DNA of 22,886 nt. Origin: Candidatus Kapaibacterium sp. GTDB lineage: Bacteria > Bacteroidota > Ignavibacteria > Palsa-1295. The notes beneath the pieces were generated by a model that was given only the letters and a program-made list of their open reading frames with translations, was not told the origin of the DNA and ran no database searches. The position numbers and the translations under genes were made by a program. Shown piece by piece: positions 1-6,420 of this stretch; the stretch's first letter is position 1, and each line of letters begins with the position of its first letter. The stretch is taken from assembly GCA_035686785.1 (NCBI GenBank), contig DASRZC010000176.1:1-22886 (forward strand), written 5' to 3'.

Positions 1-274
1 CGGCTGGAATCAGCACCCGGTTTGCGGTCATTCCGAAAATCTGTTTTTCGACGCGCACATCCTTCAAAACCGCAAGACTCATGGCGTAGGTGCTATCGCC
101 ATTCAGCGAAAGATCAAGGTAACCATATTTCTCGATGGGAACGGAAATGGTTTCGCTTCCTTTCGTGATCGTCACATTGTCACCGGACCAATCGCCCGCA
201 ACGGTGTTACGATGGTTGTTGGCGCATGATATAAACAATAATGCTGGGAGCACCAGGGTGAGAAACCATTTCAT
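1..274 (-). CDS. hypothetical lipoprotein (3' end cut by window edge)
   Basis: Not in the ORF track because it runs off the edge. Minus-strand ATG at 274..272 opens MKWFLTLVLPALLFISCANNHRNTVAGDWSGDNVTITKGSETISVPIEKYGYLDLSLNGD... This is a hydrophobic signal peptide followed by a lipobox-like FISC. Confidence 0.5.
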   Translation of the reverse strand, partial: MKWFLTLVLPALLFISCANNHRNTVAGDWSGDNVTITKGSETISVPIEKYGYLDLSLNGDSTYAMSLAVLKDVRVEKQIFGMTANRVLIPA

Positions 275-375
275 AGCACCCCCGAAAACGAGCGGGTTCC
301 GCCAAAGGTGCTTCCAGGGCAGGGTAATTTTGAGTGACCAAAACGGAAACGGGTGTGTCGCTGTTCATTCGTTCG

Positions 376-591
376 ATGCAAAACCTTATCGTTATCGATC
401 CCGAAATCATGAGTGGCGAGCCGTGCTTTGCCGGAACGCGGGTGCCGGTGAAGAACCTGTTCGATTATCTGGAAACAGGCGAAACCATCGAGTCCTTTCT
501 GGATGATTTTCCAACCGTATCACGGGAACAAGCCCTTAAGGTGTTGGACCGTTCCGAAGCACTTCTCATTTCCGAGGAAGCCACCGCGTGA
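376..591 (+). CDS. DUF433 domain protein (antitoxin-like partner)
   Basis: Track ORF 334..591. DPEIMSGEPCFAGTRVPVKNLFDYLETGETIESFLDDFP fits the DUF433 pattern. ATG 376 is preferred over GTG 334 on family length. The stop overlaps the next start (GTGA at 588..591). Confidence 0.7.
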   Translation: MQNLIVIDPEIMSGEPCFAGTRVPVKNLFDYLETGETIESFLDDFPTVSREQALKVLDRSEALLISEEATA

Positions 592-911
592 GAATACTAC
601 TGGACGAGTGTGTTCCACGAAAACTTGCTCCGGAATTTATCGGTCATACCGTCGAAACCGTCCGAAGCATGGGATGGCGAGGAATTAAAAATGGCGAATT
701 ACTCGGCCGAGTAGTGGATTCCGGATTCGAAGTATTCGTCACAGTTGATAAAAATCTTGAATACCAGCAAAAGTTGTCTGCGCTGCCGCTTGCGATTATT
801 GTTCTGGAATCGTTTCGTAATACCCTCGCGGAGCTTCGTCCATTAATCCCTGCGTGCCTCGCCGCTCTGTCCGATTGTCGGCCTGGCACCGTCTATCGCT
901 TCTCCGAGTAA
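588..911 (+). CDS. DUF5615-like PIN-fold (Mut7-C-like) putative toxin
   Basis: 107 aa. MRILLDECVPRKL...GIKNGELL...VFVTVDKNLEYQQ resembles the DUF5615 proteins that usually follow DUF433. There is a 4-nt start/stop overlap with the upstream gene. Confidence 0.65.
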   Translation: MRILLDECVPRKLAPEFIGHTVETVRSMGWRGIKNGELLGRVVDSGFEVFVTVDKNLEYQQKLSALPLAIIVLESFRNTLAELRPLIPACLAALSDCRPGTVYRFSE

Positions 912-1047
912 ATAGTGCCCCCGGAACATTCCCGCCCGCTCTTCGGTTAATGGGCCGCGCTGAAAAAAGCGGCGCGCGGCGGAATGGCGCGAAATTAGCT
1001 ACGGTTCGCGGTTTCTCTCGGAATTTTGATGCAAATACCCTTGATAT

Positions 1048-1072
1048 GATAGCATATTATGGGTATGCTATC
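1048..1072. promoter_or_regulatory. 9-bp perfect inverted repeat upstream of infA (possible operator or leader hairpin)
   Basis: GATAGCATA (1048..1056) / TATGCTATC (1064..1072) with a 7-nt loop, about 40 nt upstream of the infA ATG. Confidence 0.3.
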
Positions 1073-1112
1073 GTTTCCGGGCTGCGGATTTCATGGGCAC
1101 TAACAGGAGTAG

Positions 1113-1331
1113 ATGGCCAAACAAGGGGCGATCACGGTCGATGGGGTAATTGAAGAGGCGTTGCCGAACGCAACGTTTCGGGTCAAGCTGGAAAACGGCC
1201 ATGCTATCCTCGCCCGAATCTCCGGCAAGATGCGGATGCACTACATCAAAATCCTGCAGGGCGACCGGGTGACCGTCGAGCTATCGCCGTATGACCTCAG
1301 CAAGGGGCGGATTACGTATCGGTATAAATAA
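1113..1331 (+). CDS. infA: translation initiation factor IF-1
   Basis: 72 aa with the canonical IF-1 sequence: [76 protein letters not shown] lies just upstream. Confidence 0.97.
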   Translation: MAKQGAITVDGVIEEALPNATFRVKLENGHAILARISGKMRMHYIKILQGDRVTVELSPYDLSKGRITYRYK

Positions 1332-1364
1332 CCACCCCCTTCCCCCTCCTTGAAAAGGAGGGGG
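1330..1364. repeat. C-rich hairpin repeat, copy A (AACCACCCCC-TT-CCCCCTCCTT-GAA-AAGGAGGGGG)
   Basis: Perfect 10-bp stem, 1342..1351 / 1355..1364, with a 3-nt loop. It begins inside the infA stop codon. It matches copy B at 19063..19100 (opposite strand) in three blocks: 10/10, 10/10 and about 9/10 nt. Confidence 0.8.
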
Positions 1365-1381
1365 TAATAAGAAAGACGAAT

Positions 1382-1498
1382 ATGAAAGTACAGGCATCGG
1401 TAAAAAAGCGCTGTGAGAATTGTAAGGTCGTGACCCGAAAGGGCGTGGTGCGCGTAATTTGTAAATCGAACCCGAAGCATAAGCAGCGCCAGGGGTAA
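1382..1498 (+). CDS. rpmJ: 50S ribosomal protein L36 (bL36), zinc-binding type
   Basis: Below the track size cutoff. ATG 1382 to TAA 1496..1498 gives [38 protein letters not shown] (38 aa). It sits at the expected position between infA and rpsM. Confidence 0.92.
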   Translation: MKVQASVKKRCENCKVVTRKGVVRVICKSNPKHKQRQG

Positions 1499-1581
1499 TG
1501 GCCTTTTTTAGCTATTTTGACCTTAGTTAATGAAGCACAAACGCGCGCGCAGAACAAGCACAACTTTCTAATAGACATTAA

Positions 1582-1959
1582 ATGGCTCGAATCGCTGGAA
1601 TCGATCTTCCGAAGAACAAACGGTCCGTCATCGGACTGACCTACATTTATGGCATCGGCAAGACGAATGCTCATAAAATCCTCGTCGCGGCGGGAATTCC
1701 GGACGATAAGAAAATTGGCGACCTGACCGAGGACGAAGTGACATCCGTTCGGCAAGTCATCACGACCGATTATAAAGTAGAAGGTACGGCGCGAAGCGAA
1801 ATGCAGCTTGCGATCAAGCGGCTGATGGATATTGGCTCGTATCGCGGGCTTCGGCATCGCAAGGGGCTTCCCGTCCGCGGCCAGCGCACACGAACGAACG
1901 CGCGCACCCGCAAGGGCCGCCGCAAGACCGTCGCCGGAAAGAAGAAAGCAACGAAGTAA
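1582..1959 (+). CDS. rpsM: 30S ribosomal protein S13 (uS13)
   Basis: 125 aa. [14 protein letters not shown]...[26 protein letters not shown] is the canonical uS13 sequence. Confidence 0.97.
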   Translation: MARIAGIDLPKNKRSVIGLTYIYGIGKTNAHKILVAAGIPDDKKIGDLTEDEVTSVRQVITTDYKVEGTARSEMQLAIKRLMDIGSYRGLRHRKGLPVRGQRTRTNARTRKGRRKTVAGKKKATK

Positions 1960-1963
1960 GAAT

Positions 1964-2047
1964 TTGTAGCGGACGGGTTCCCCGTCCTGCTCTTTGAAAG
2001 AACCGAATATCCCGAAGAAGGGAAGGGCGGGAAACCCGCCCACTACA
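1964..2047. repeat. REP/REPIN-like doublet: two inverted GTAG-led hairpins
   Basis: Left unit is TTGTAGC-GGACGGG-TTC-CCCGTCC (1964..1987). Right unit is GGGCGGG-AAA-CCCGCCC-ACTACA (2025..2047), which on the other strand reads TGTAGT-GGGCGGG-TTT-CCCGCCC. The two units differ by a compensatory stem change (A:T versus G:C). Confidence 0.7.
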
Positions 2048-2054
2048 GGAAATA

Positions 2055-2459
2055 ATGGCAAAAGCAGCAGCCGGTACAAAAGCCGGTACCAAAAAGAAGA
2101 AGAAGATCCAGGCGGAGGCGCAGGGCGTCGCGCACGTGAAGGCGACGTTTAACAACGTCATGATCACGCTGACGGACCGCACGGGCAACACGCTTTCGTG
2201 GGCGACGGCCGGCAAGATGGGCTTCAAAGGCTCGCGGAAGAACACGCCGTTCGCCGCGCAGGTCTCGGCGGAAAACGCCGCGAAGGAAGCGTTCGACATG
2301 GGGCTTCGCAAGGTCGATGTGCTGATCAAAGGCCCCGGTTCGGGGCGCGAGGCCGCCGTGCGCGCCCTGCAGACCGCAGGAATCGAAGTGCTGACCATCC
2401 GGGACATCACCCCGATGCCGCACAACGGCTGCCGCCCGCCGAAGAAACGGCGCGTATAG
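2055..2459 (+). CDS. rpsK: 30S ribosomal protein S11 (uS11)
   Basis: 134 aa. [18 protein letters not shown]...[14 protein letters not shown]...[13 protein letters not shown] is canonical uS11. Confidence 0.97.
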   Translation: MAKAAAGTKAGTKKKKKIQAEAQGVAHVKATFNNVMITLTDRTGNTLSWATAGKMGFKGSRKNTPFAAQVSAENAAKEAFDMGLRKVDVLIKGPGSGREAAVRALQTAGIEVLTIRDITPMPHNGCRPPKKRRV

Positions 2460-2460
2460 C

Positions 2461-2495
2461 AGTGGCGAACGGCGAGTGCCAAGTGGCGAACGCCG
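2461..2495. repeat. direct repeat AGTGGCGAACG(G/C)CGA x2, 21-nt period
   Basis: Copies at 2461..2475 and 2482..2496 match at 14/15 positions. They sit immediately after the rpsK stop. Confidence 0.6.
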
Positions 2496-2580
2496 ATAAA
2501 TTGAAAGCGGAGAAGTAGTTTTTTAAAGCTGTAAACTTCAGTCAGACCATGATGGAGGATGAAGGCAACGAAGTACGAAT

Positions 2581-2610
2581 TTCATAATTCATACTTCATA
2601 ATTCATAATT
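2581..2610. repeat. heptamer tandem array TTCATAA x4 (STRR-like)
   Basis: TTCATAA TTCATAC TTCATAA TTCATAA TT, ending 8 nt upstream of the rpsD ATG. The same heptamer family occurs at 8743..8812 and 14788..14806. Confidence 0.8.
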
Positions 2611-2618
2611 GTTGAAGC

Positions 2619-3251
2619 ATGGCTCGTTATACTGATTCCTCGTGTAAGCTTTGCCGCCGGGAGCGGCAAAAGCTGTTTTTGAAGGGCGCGAAATGTTATT
2701 CGGAGAAGTGCCCGGTCGAGAAGCGCGCGTACCCGCCGGGGCAGCATGGCCTTAGCCGGCGCCAGAAGGTCTCGGAATATGGCATTCAGCTTCGGGAGAA
2801 GCAGAAAGTCCGCCGCCTCTATGGAATGCTTGAAACGCAATTTCGCAATACGTTCGAAAAAGCCGCGAAGCTTCGCGGCGTCACGGGCGAAAATTTGGTA
2901 AAGCTGCTCGAGCGCCGGCTGGATAACGTCGTCTATCGTCTGAACCTCGCGCCTTCCCGCAAAGGCGCGCGGCAGCTTATTATGCACCGTCATATCACGG
3001 TGAATGGCAAGATCGTAAACATTCCGTCGTATCTGGTTTCGCCGGGGGATTCGATACAGATAAAGGAATCGAGCCGTCGGCTTTCCGTCGTTCACGAATC
3101 GCTTCAGCGGACGCGCGGCGACTCCGCCGTGCCGAATTGGCTTTCGCTCGATAAAGCCAATTTATCCGGCACATTCTTAGCCGTGCCGGAACGCTCGGAC
3201 ATCCAGCTTAACGCGAACGAGCAGCTTATCGTCGAATTGTATTCGAAGTAG
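2619..3251 (+). CDS. rpsD: 30S ribosomal protein S4 (uS4), Cys-cluster type
   Basis: 210 aa. [15 protein letters not shown]...KC...KC N-terminus, [16 protein letters not shown], and a C-terminal S4 RNA-binding domain. Confidence 0.97.
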   Translation: MARYTDSSCKLCRRERQKLFLKGAKCYSEKCPVEKRAYPPGQHGLSRRQKVSEYGIQLREKQKVRRLYGMLETQFRNTFEKAAKLRGVTGENLVKLLERRLDNVVYRLNLAPSRKGARQLIMHRHITVNGKIVNIPSYLVSPGDSIQIKESSRRLSVVHESLQRTRGDSAVPNWLSLDKANLSGTFLAVPERSDIQLNANEQLIVELYSK

Positions 3252-3309
3252 TGTAGCGCAAACTTTTCGGATGATCGATCATCCGTTGATGAGCGATCAT
3301 CCGTTTGCG
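3252..3309. repeat. GTAG-led composite hairpin with an 18-bp tandem repeat and a 16-bp perfect palindrome
   Basis: TGTAGC at 3252..3257. Outer stem is CGCAAAC (3257..3263) / GTTTGCG (3303..3309). Perfect palindrome GGATGATCGATCATCC at 3269..3284. Tandem units GATGATCGATCATCCGTT (3270..3287) and GATGAGCGATCATCCGTT (3288..3305). Confidence 0.75.
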
Positions 3310-3357
3310 ACCCAAAAAAGTTTTTATTCCATCACTAATCAGGAGCCCGAAGAAGAA

Positions 3358-4350
3358 ATGACCAACCTACACATGCCAGACCGGATCGAACTTGAATCGT
3401 CGTCCTCGACGAATACCTTCGGCCGGTTTATCGCCTCACCACTCGAAGAGGGTTATGGAACGACGCTCGGTAATTCGATGCGCCGCATCCTGCTCTCCTC
3501 GATTCCGGGCACCGCGTTCACGAACGTCCGCTTCGAAGGCGTGCTCCATGAGTTTTCGACCATCAAAGGCGTCGTCGAGGACGTGGCCGAAATCATCCTG
3601 AATCTAAAAGGCGTACGGCTGCGCGCCGATCAATCGAGTTCCACGCGCATCCTGATCGATGTGAAGGGACCGAAGGATTTCACGGCAGGTGATTTGCAGG
3701 AATCCTCACCGGAAATTGAAATCCTAAATCCGGAGCATCATTTGTTCACGATGTCGAATGGCGCGCGCGTCCAGATGGAACTTCGCGCCGGGCATGGCCG
3801 CGGCTATGTGCCCGCCGATGAGAATAAGAGCCTCGACGCGCCGCTCGGAACCATCGCGATCGACTCGATCTACACGCCGATCGTCAACGTCCGCTTCGTC
3901 GTCGAACCGACGCGCGTCGGACAAAAGACGGATTACGAGCGGCTGATTCTCGAAGTCTCGACCGACGGCTCGATCACGCCGGAAGAAGCGGTGACGCAAG
4001 GGGGACGCATTCTGCGCGACCACGTCAATCTGTTCGTTCGCTTTGGCGGCGAGGAAGAAGAGACCGAGCGCCGGCCCATCGCCGATAGCGAAGGCGAGCG
4101 CATCCGTCAGGTGCTGCTCACGCCGGTCGATACGCTACAGCTCACGGTACGCTCGCAGAATTGCCTGCGCGCCGCGAACATCAAGAATATCGCCGATCTT
4201 GTCCGCAAGGACGAACGGGACTTGCTGACCTTTCGCAATTTCGGGCGCAAGTCGCTCGATGAACTCGGGCGCATCGTCGATTCGCTCGGGCTGACCTTCG
4301 GGATGGACGTCGATCGTTATATCGAAGCGCCCACTGTAGAAGCGCAGTAA
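3358..4350 (+). CDS. rpoA: DNA-directed RNA polymerase subunit alpha
   Basis: Track ORF 3271..4350. The internal ATG 3358, preceded by AGGAG (3341..3345), gives 330 aa. GTTLGNSMRRILLSSIPG marks the N-terminal domain and LQLTVRSQNCLRAANIKNIADLV the C-terminal domain. Residues before 3358 are just a translation of the spacer repeats. Confidence 0.95.
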   Translation: MTNLHMPDRIELESSSSTNTFGRFIASPLEEGYGTTLGNSMRRILLSSIPGTAFTNVRFEGVLHEFSTIKGVVEDVAEIILNLKGVRLRADQSSSTRILIDVKGPKDFTAGDLQESSPEIEILNPEHHLFTMSNGARVQMELRAGHGRGYVPADENKSLDAPLGTIAIDSIYTPIVNVRFVVEPTRVGQKTDYERLILEVSTDGSITPEEAVTQGGRILRDHVNLFVRFGGEEEETERRPIADSEGERIRQVLLTPVDTLQLTVRSQNCLRAANIKNIADLVRKDERDLLTFRNFGRKSLDELGRIVDSLGLTFGMDVDRYIEAPTVEAQ

Positions 4351-4430
4351 TTGTAGCCGTGACCTTCAGGTCACGGTGTGAAAGTTTTAGGCTATCATAG
4401 CAGACCGTGACCTAAAGGTCACGGCTACAA
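4351..4430. repeat. REP/REPIN-like doublet: two inverted GTAG-led hairpins
   Basis: Left unit is TTGTAGC-CGTGACC-TTCA-GGTCACG (4351..4376). Right unit is CCGTGACC-TAAA-GGTCACGG-CTACAA (4405..4430). The units are near-identical in inverted orientation and differ in the loop (TTCA versus TTTA). The doublet fills most of the rpoA-rplQ spacer. Confidence 0.8.
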
Positions 4431-4437
4431 AAGCATT

Positions 4438-4998
4438 ATGAGACACGGAGTAAAAGGAAGAAAATTAGGACGCACGGCGAGCCACCGCGCCGCCACCCTG
4501 GGTGGTTTGGCGACTTCGCTCTTGCTGCACAAGCGCATCCGCACGACCGAAGCGAAGGCGAAGGAAATGCGCCATTTCGTCGAGCCGATTATCACGCGCG
4601 CCAAGCGATCGCTCGCGCTTTCGGGCGTTGATGCAGCGGCGGCAAAAATTCATGCGCGCCGAGAGATTGGGAAGATCATCAAGGATGAGGCCGCGATAAA
4701 ATCTCTCTTTACCGAGATCGCTCCGCGTGTCGAAAACCGCGCGGGAGGATACACCCGCGTCGTGAAGCTTGGCTACCGGCATGGCGATAACGCGGAGATG
4801 GCCGTCATAGAGCTCGTCGATTGGAACGAAGCCGAAACCGTTGCGGCCCCAGCCGCCCGCATGGCCAAGCCCCGCCCGACCCGCAACAAAGCCAAGACCG
4901 CCGAAGCGAAACTCGCCGAAGCGGAAGCCGGCGCTTCCGAGGATAAGCCGAAAAAGCCGAGGGCTGCGCGGAAGAAGAAAGCGGAAGCGGCGGAATAA
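4438..4998 (+). CDS. rplQ: 50S ribosomal protein L17 (bL17) with Ala/Lys/Glu-rich C-terminal tail
   Basis: 186 aa. [21 protein letters not shown]...[15 protein letters not shown]...[25 protein letters not shown] is canonical bL17. A low-complexity basic tail of about 60 aa follows. Confidence 0.95.
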   Translation: MRHGVKGRKLGRTASHRAATLGGLATSLLLHKRIRTTEAKAKEMRHFVEPIITRAKRSLALSGVDAAAAKIHARREIGKIIKDEAAIKSLFTEIAPRVENRAGGYTRVVKLGYRHGDNAEMAVIELVDWNEAETVAAPAARMAKPRPTRNKAKTAEAKLAEAEAGASEDKPKKPRAARKKKAEAAE

Positions 4999-5038
4999 GC
5001 GGATTGGATGAACGGATCGATGCAGGTTCCGGTTAAAA

Positions 5039-5236
5039 ATGGCAAGCATGATAACCGCGAAAGAACAAGTGAAAGAGCTTCTCGAAGTTCTGCCGGATGA
5101 TGTGACATTTGACGATCTTCACTATCATATTTTTGTTCGAGAAAAGATCGATCAAGGCGTGAAAGATTTGGAAGAGGGCCGAGTCCTCTCCGAGGAAGAA
5201 ATGGAAGCCGCCTTCAAGCTATGGCTCGAAGAATAG
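5039..5236 (+). CDS. putative type II antitoxin (family not recognised), partner of the ParE/RelE-like gene
   Basis: 65-aa acidic protein. Its 3' end overlaps the start of the downstream ParE-like ORF by 16 nt. The call rests on size and context only. Confidence 0.5.
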   Translation: MASMITAKEQVKELLEVLPDDVTFDDLHYHIFVREKIDQGVKDLEEGRVLSEEEMEAAFKLWLEE

Positions 5237-5536
5237 TTTGGTCCTTTACGGCTCGGAAAGATTTGGAGTCAATCTATGAGTTTCTTCATCGAAGTTCTCC
5301 GCTTTACGCAAAGCGGTTTGTGATCAAGGCGCGTGAGGCTGCGCGGTCACTCAAGCAACTGCCGGACCGAGGGCGTTTTGTTCCGGAATATCCCGGCTCC
5401 GGAATATCCCGGCTCCGGGATTCGCGAGATTTTTGTTGACAGCTATCGGCTGCTTTATCGCTTCATTTTCGACGAGATCGAGATCGTGGGAGTCATTCAC
5501 ATGTCGAGGGATTTTTCGAACGTAGAAATTGATTGA
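5221..5536 (+). pseudogene. ParE/RelE-family toxin disrupted by a 16-bp tandem duplication (frameshift)
   Basis: The N-terminal part (5221..5439, MARRIVWSFTARKDLESIYEFL...LPDRGRFVPEYPGSG) and the C-terminal part (to 5536, ...GSGIREIFVDSYRLLYRFIFDEIEIVGVIHMSRDF) are in different frames. Removing one 16-bp unit restores a single 99-aa ParE-like ORF (316-16=300 nt). Confidence 0.8.
5383..5414. repeat. perfect tandem duplication CCGGAATATCCCGGCT x2
   Basis: Units at 5383..5398 and 5399..5414 are identical, and the next 4 nt (CCGG) restart the unit. The 16-nt length is not a multiple of 3. Confidence 0.95.
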
Positions 5537-5537
5537 A

Positions 5538-5675
5538 ATGGCAAAAACCATGAAGAAAGTTTTTGACGCCGTGGAATGGGTTCGTAGCGTCCGCGATGCG
5601 AACTACAAGCGGCTCGGCCATTTGCCGCCGAAAGTTTCCGCCGTCTTTCCGAAGAGGGCAGGAACTCCTCGTTAG
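5538..5675 (+). CDS. small hypothetical protein (45 aa), possibly frameshifted
   Basis: ATG 5538 to TAG 5673..5675 gives MAKTMKKVFDAVEWVRSVRDANYKRLGHLPPKVSAVFPKRAGTPR. A second frame continues to 5719 with a charged helical-looking tail. The start lies 1 nt after the ParE stop. Confidence 0.3.
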   Translation: MAKTMKKVFDAVEWVRSVRDANYKRLGHLPPKVSAVFPKRAGTPR

Positions 5676-5743
5676 CGAGGGAACTTGACGAAAAGGACAA
5701 GCGAGCTAAGAAGAAATAGTAGAGAGATGTTAGCGGCAACTAT

Positions 5744-6412
5744 TTACCGCTGTCTTTCCACGGACGCCTGGAACTCCGTGAGATACATCGGTTCGAGCGT
5801 ATCGAGGGTGCCATCGCGTAACAGTGTCGAAGAGGATGCCGTTAGACGCGCGATCGTGGCGAGCGAAGGCGAAACATAGGTGGCGGTATCCGGAAGGAAT
5901 GGCGAGGGATGAAGCAAAAAATGGTCGTGCAATAGCATGGGGACGTTCCCAAGCTGCGAGATGGCCGCACCGTTTAGCAATCGAAGGTCCTTCGATTCCG
6001 GGAATTTCGCTATATAAAATAAATCTTCCCGATACCCAGGTGTGACGATATAGATGCTGCCAGTAGCCTTCGATTCCGCAGCCATCACTTCATGCTGCGT
6101 TAGCGGTACCAAACCGGGGCCTGCTGTGGAATTGGCGCCCGCTGCAAAACAAAATCCTTTTGCGAACGAAAGGCCGATTCTCAGTCCCGTAAAACTTCCC
6201 GGCCCAATGATGAGACCGATACGGGAGATTTCGCGAGCGGGAATTCCGCTCTCCGCCAATAACTTCGCGGTTTCGAGCGCCAGCCGCGCATCATGGATAC
6301 CGCGCTCGCCCTCGGATGCATCCGCGTGGAACTCGCGGAGCATTTCGCCATCCTCGCTGGCAATCCCAATGGCAAGATGCGCAGTCGAGGTATTGAATAC
6401 TATGATCGGCAT
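5744..6412 (-). CDS. tsaB: tRNA N6-threonylcarbamoyladenosine biosynthesis protein TsaB (YeaZ family)
   Basis: 222 aa. LAIGIA..., the GLIIGPGSFTGLRIGLSFAKG signature, and typical length. Confidence 0.88.
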   Translation of the reverse strand: MPIIVFNTSTAHLAIGIASEDGEMLREFHADASEGERGIHDARLALETAKLLAESGIPAREISRIGLIIGPGSFTGLRIGLSFAKGFCFAAGANSTAGPGLVPLTQHEVMAAESKATGSIYIVTPGYREDLFYIAKFPESKDLRLLNGAAISQLGNVPMLLHDHFLLHPSPFLPDTATYVSPSLATIARLTASSSTLLRDGTLDTLEPMYLTEFQASVERQR

Positions 6413-6420
6413 CCGTTACT

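Noticed and set aside
1355-1361. AAGGAGG as the Shine-Dalgarno site for rpmJ, sequestered in the hairpin
   Set aside because: It ends 20 nt before the ATG at 1382, which is too far for a functional SD. It is better explained as the 3' arm of the repeat hairpin.
1312-2482. Long minus-strand ORFs (255, 222 and 126 aa) across rpmJ/rpsM/rpsK
   Set aside because: They are antisense to unmistakable ribosomal protein genes. Their Arg/Ala/Pro-rich composition is typical of shadow ORFs in GC-rich coding DNA, and they have no recognisable motifs.
3271-3357. N-terminal 29-aa extension of rpoA (MIDHPLMSDHPF...)
   Set aside because: The residues are a translation of the tandem 18-bp spacer repeat. ATG 3358 with its AGGAG gives the standard 330-aa alpha subunit.
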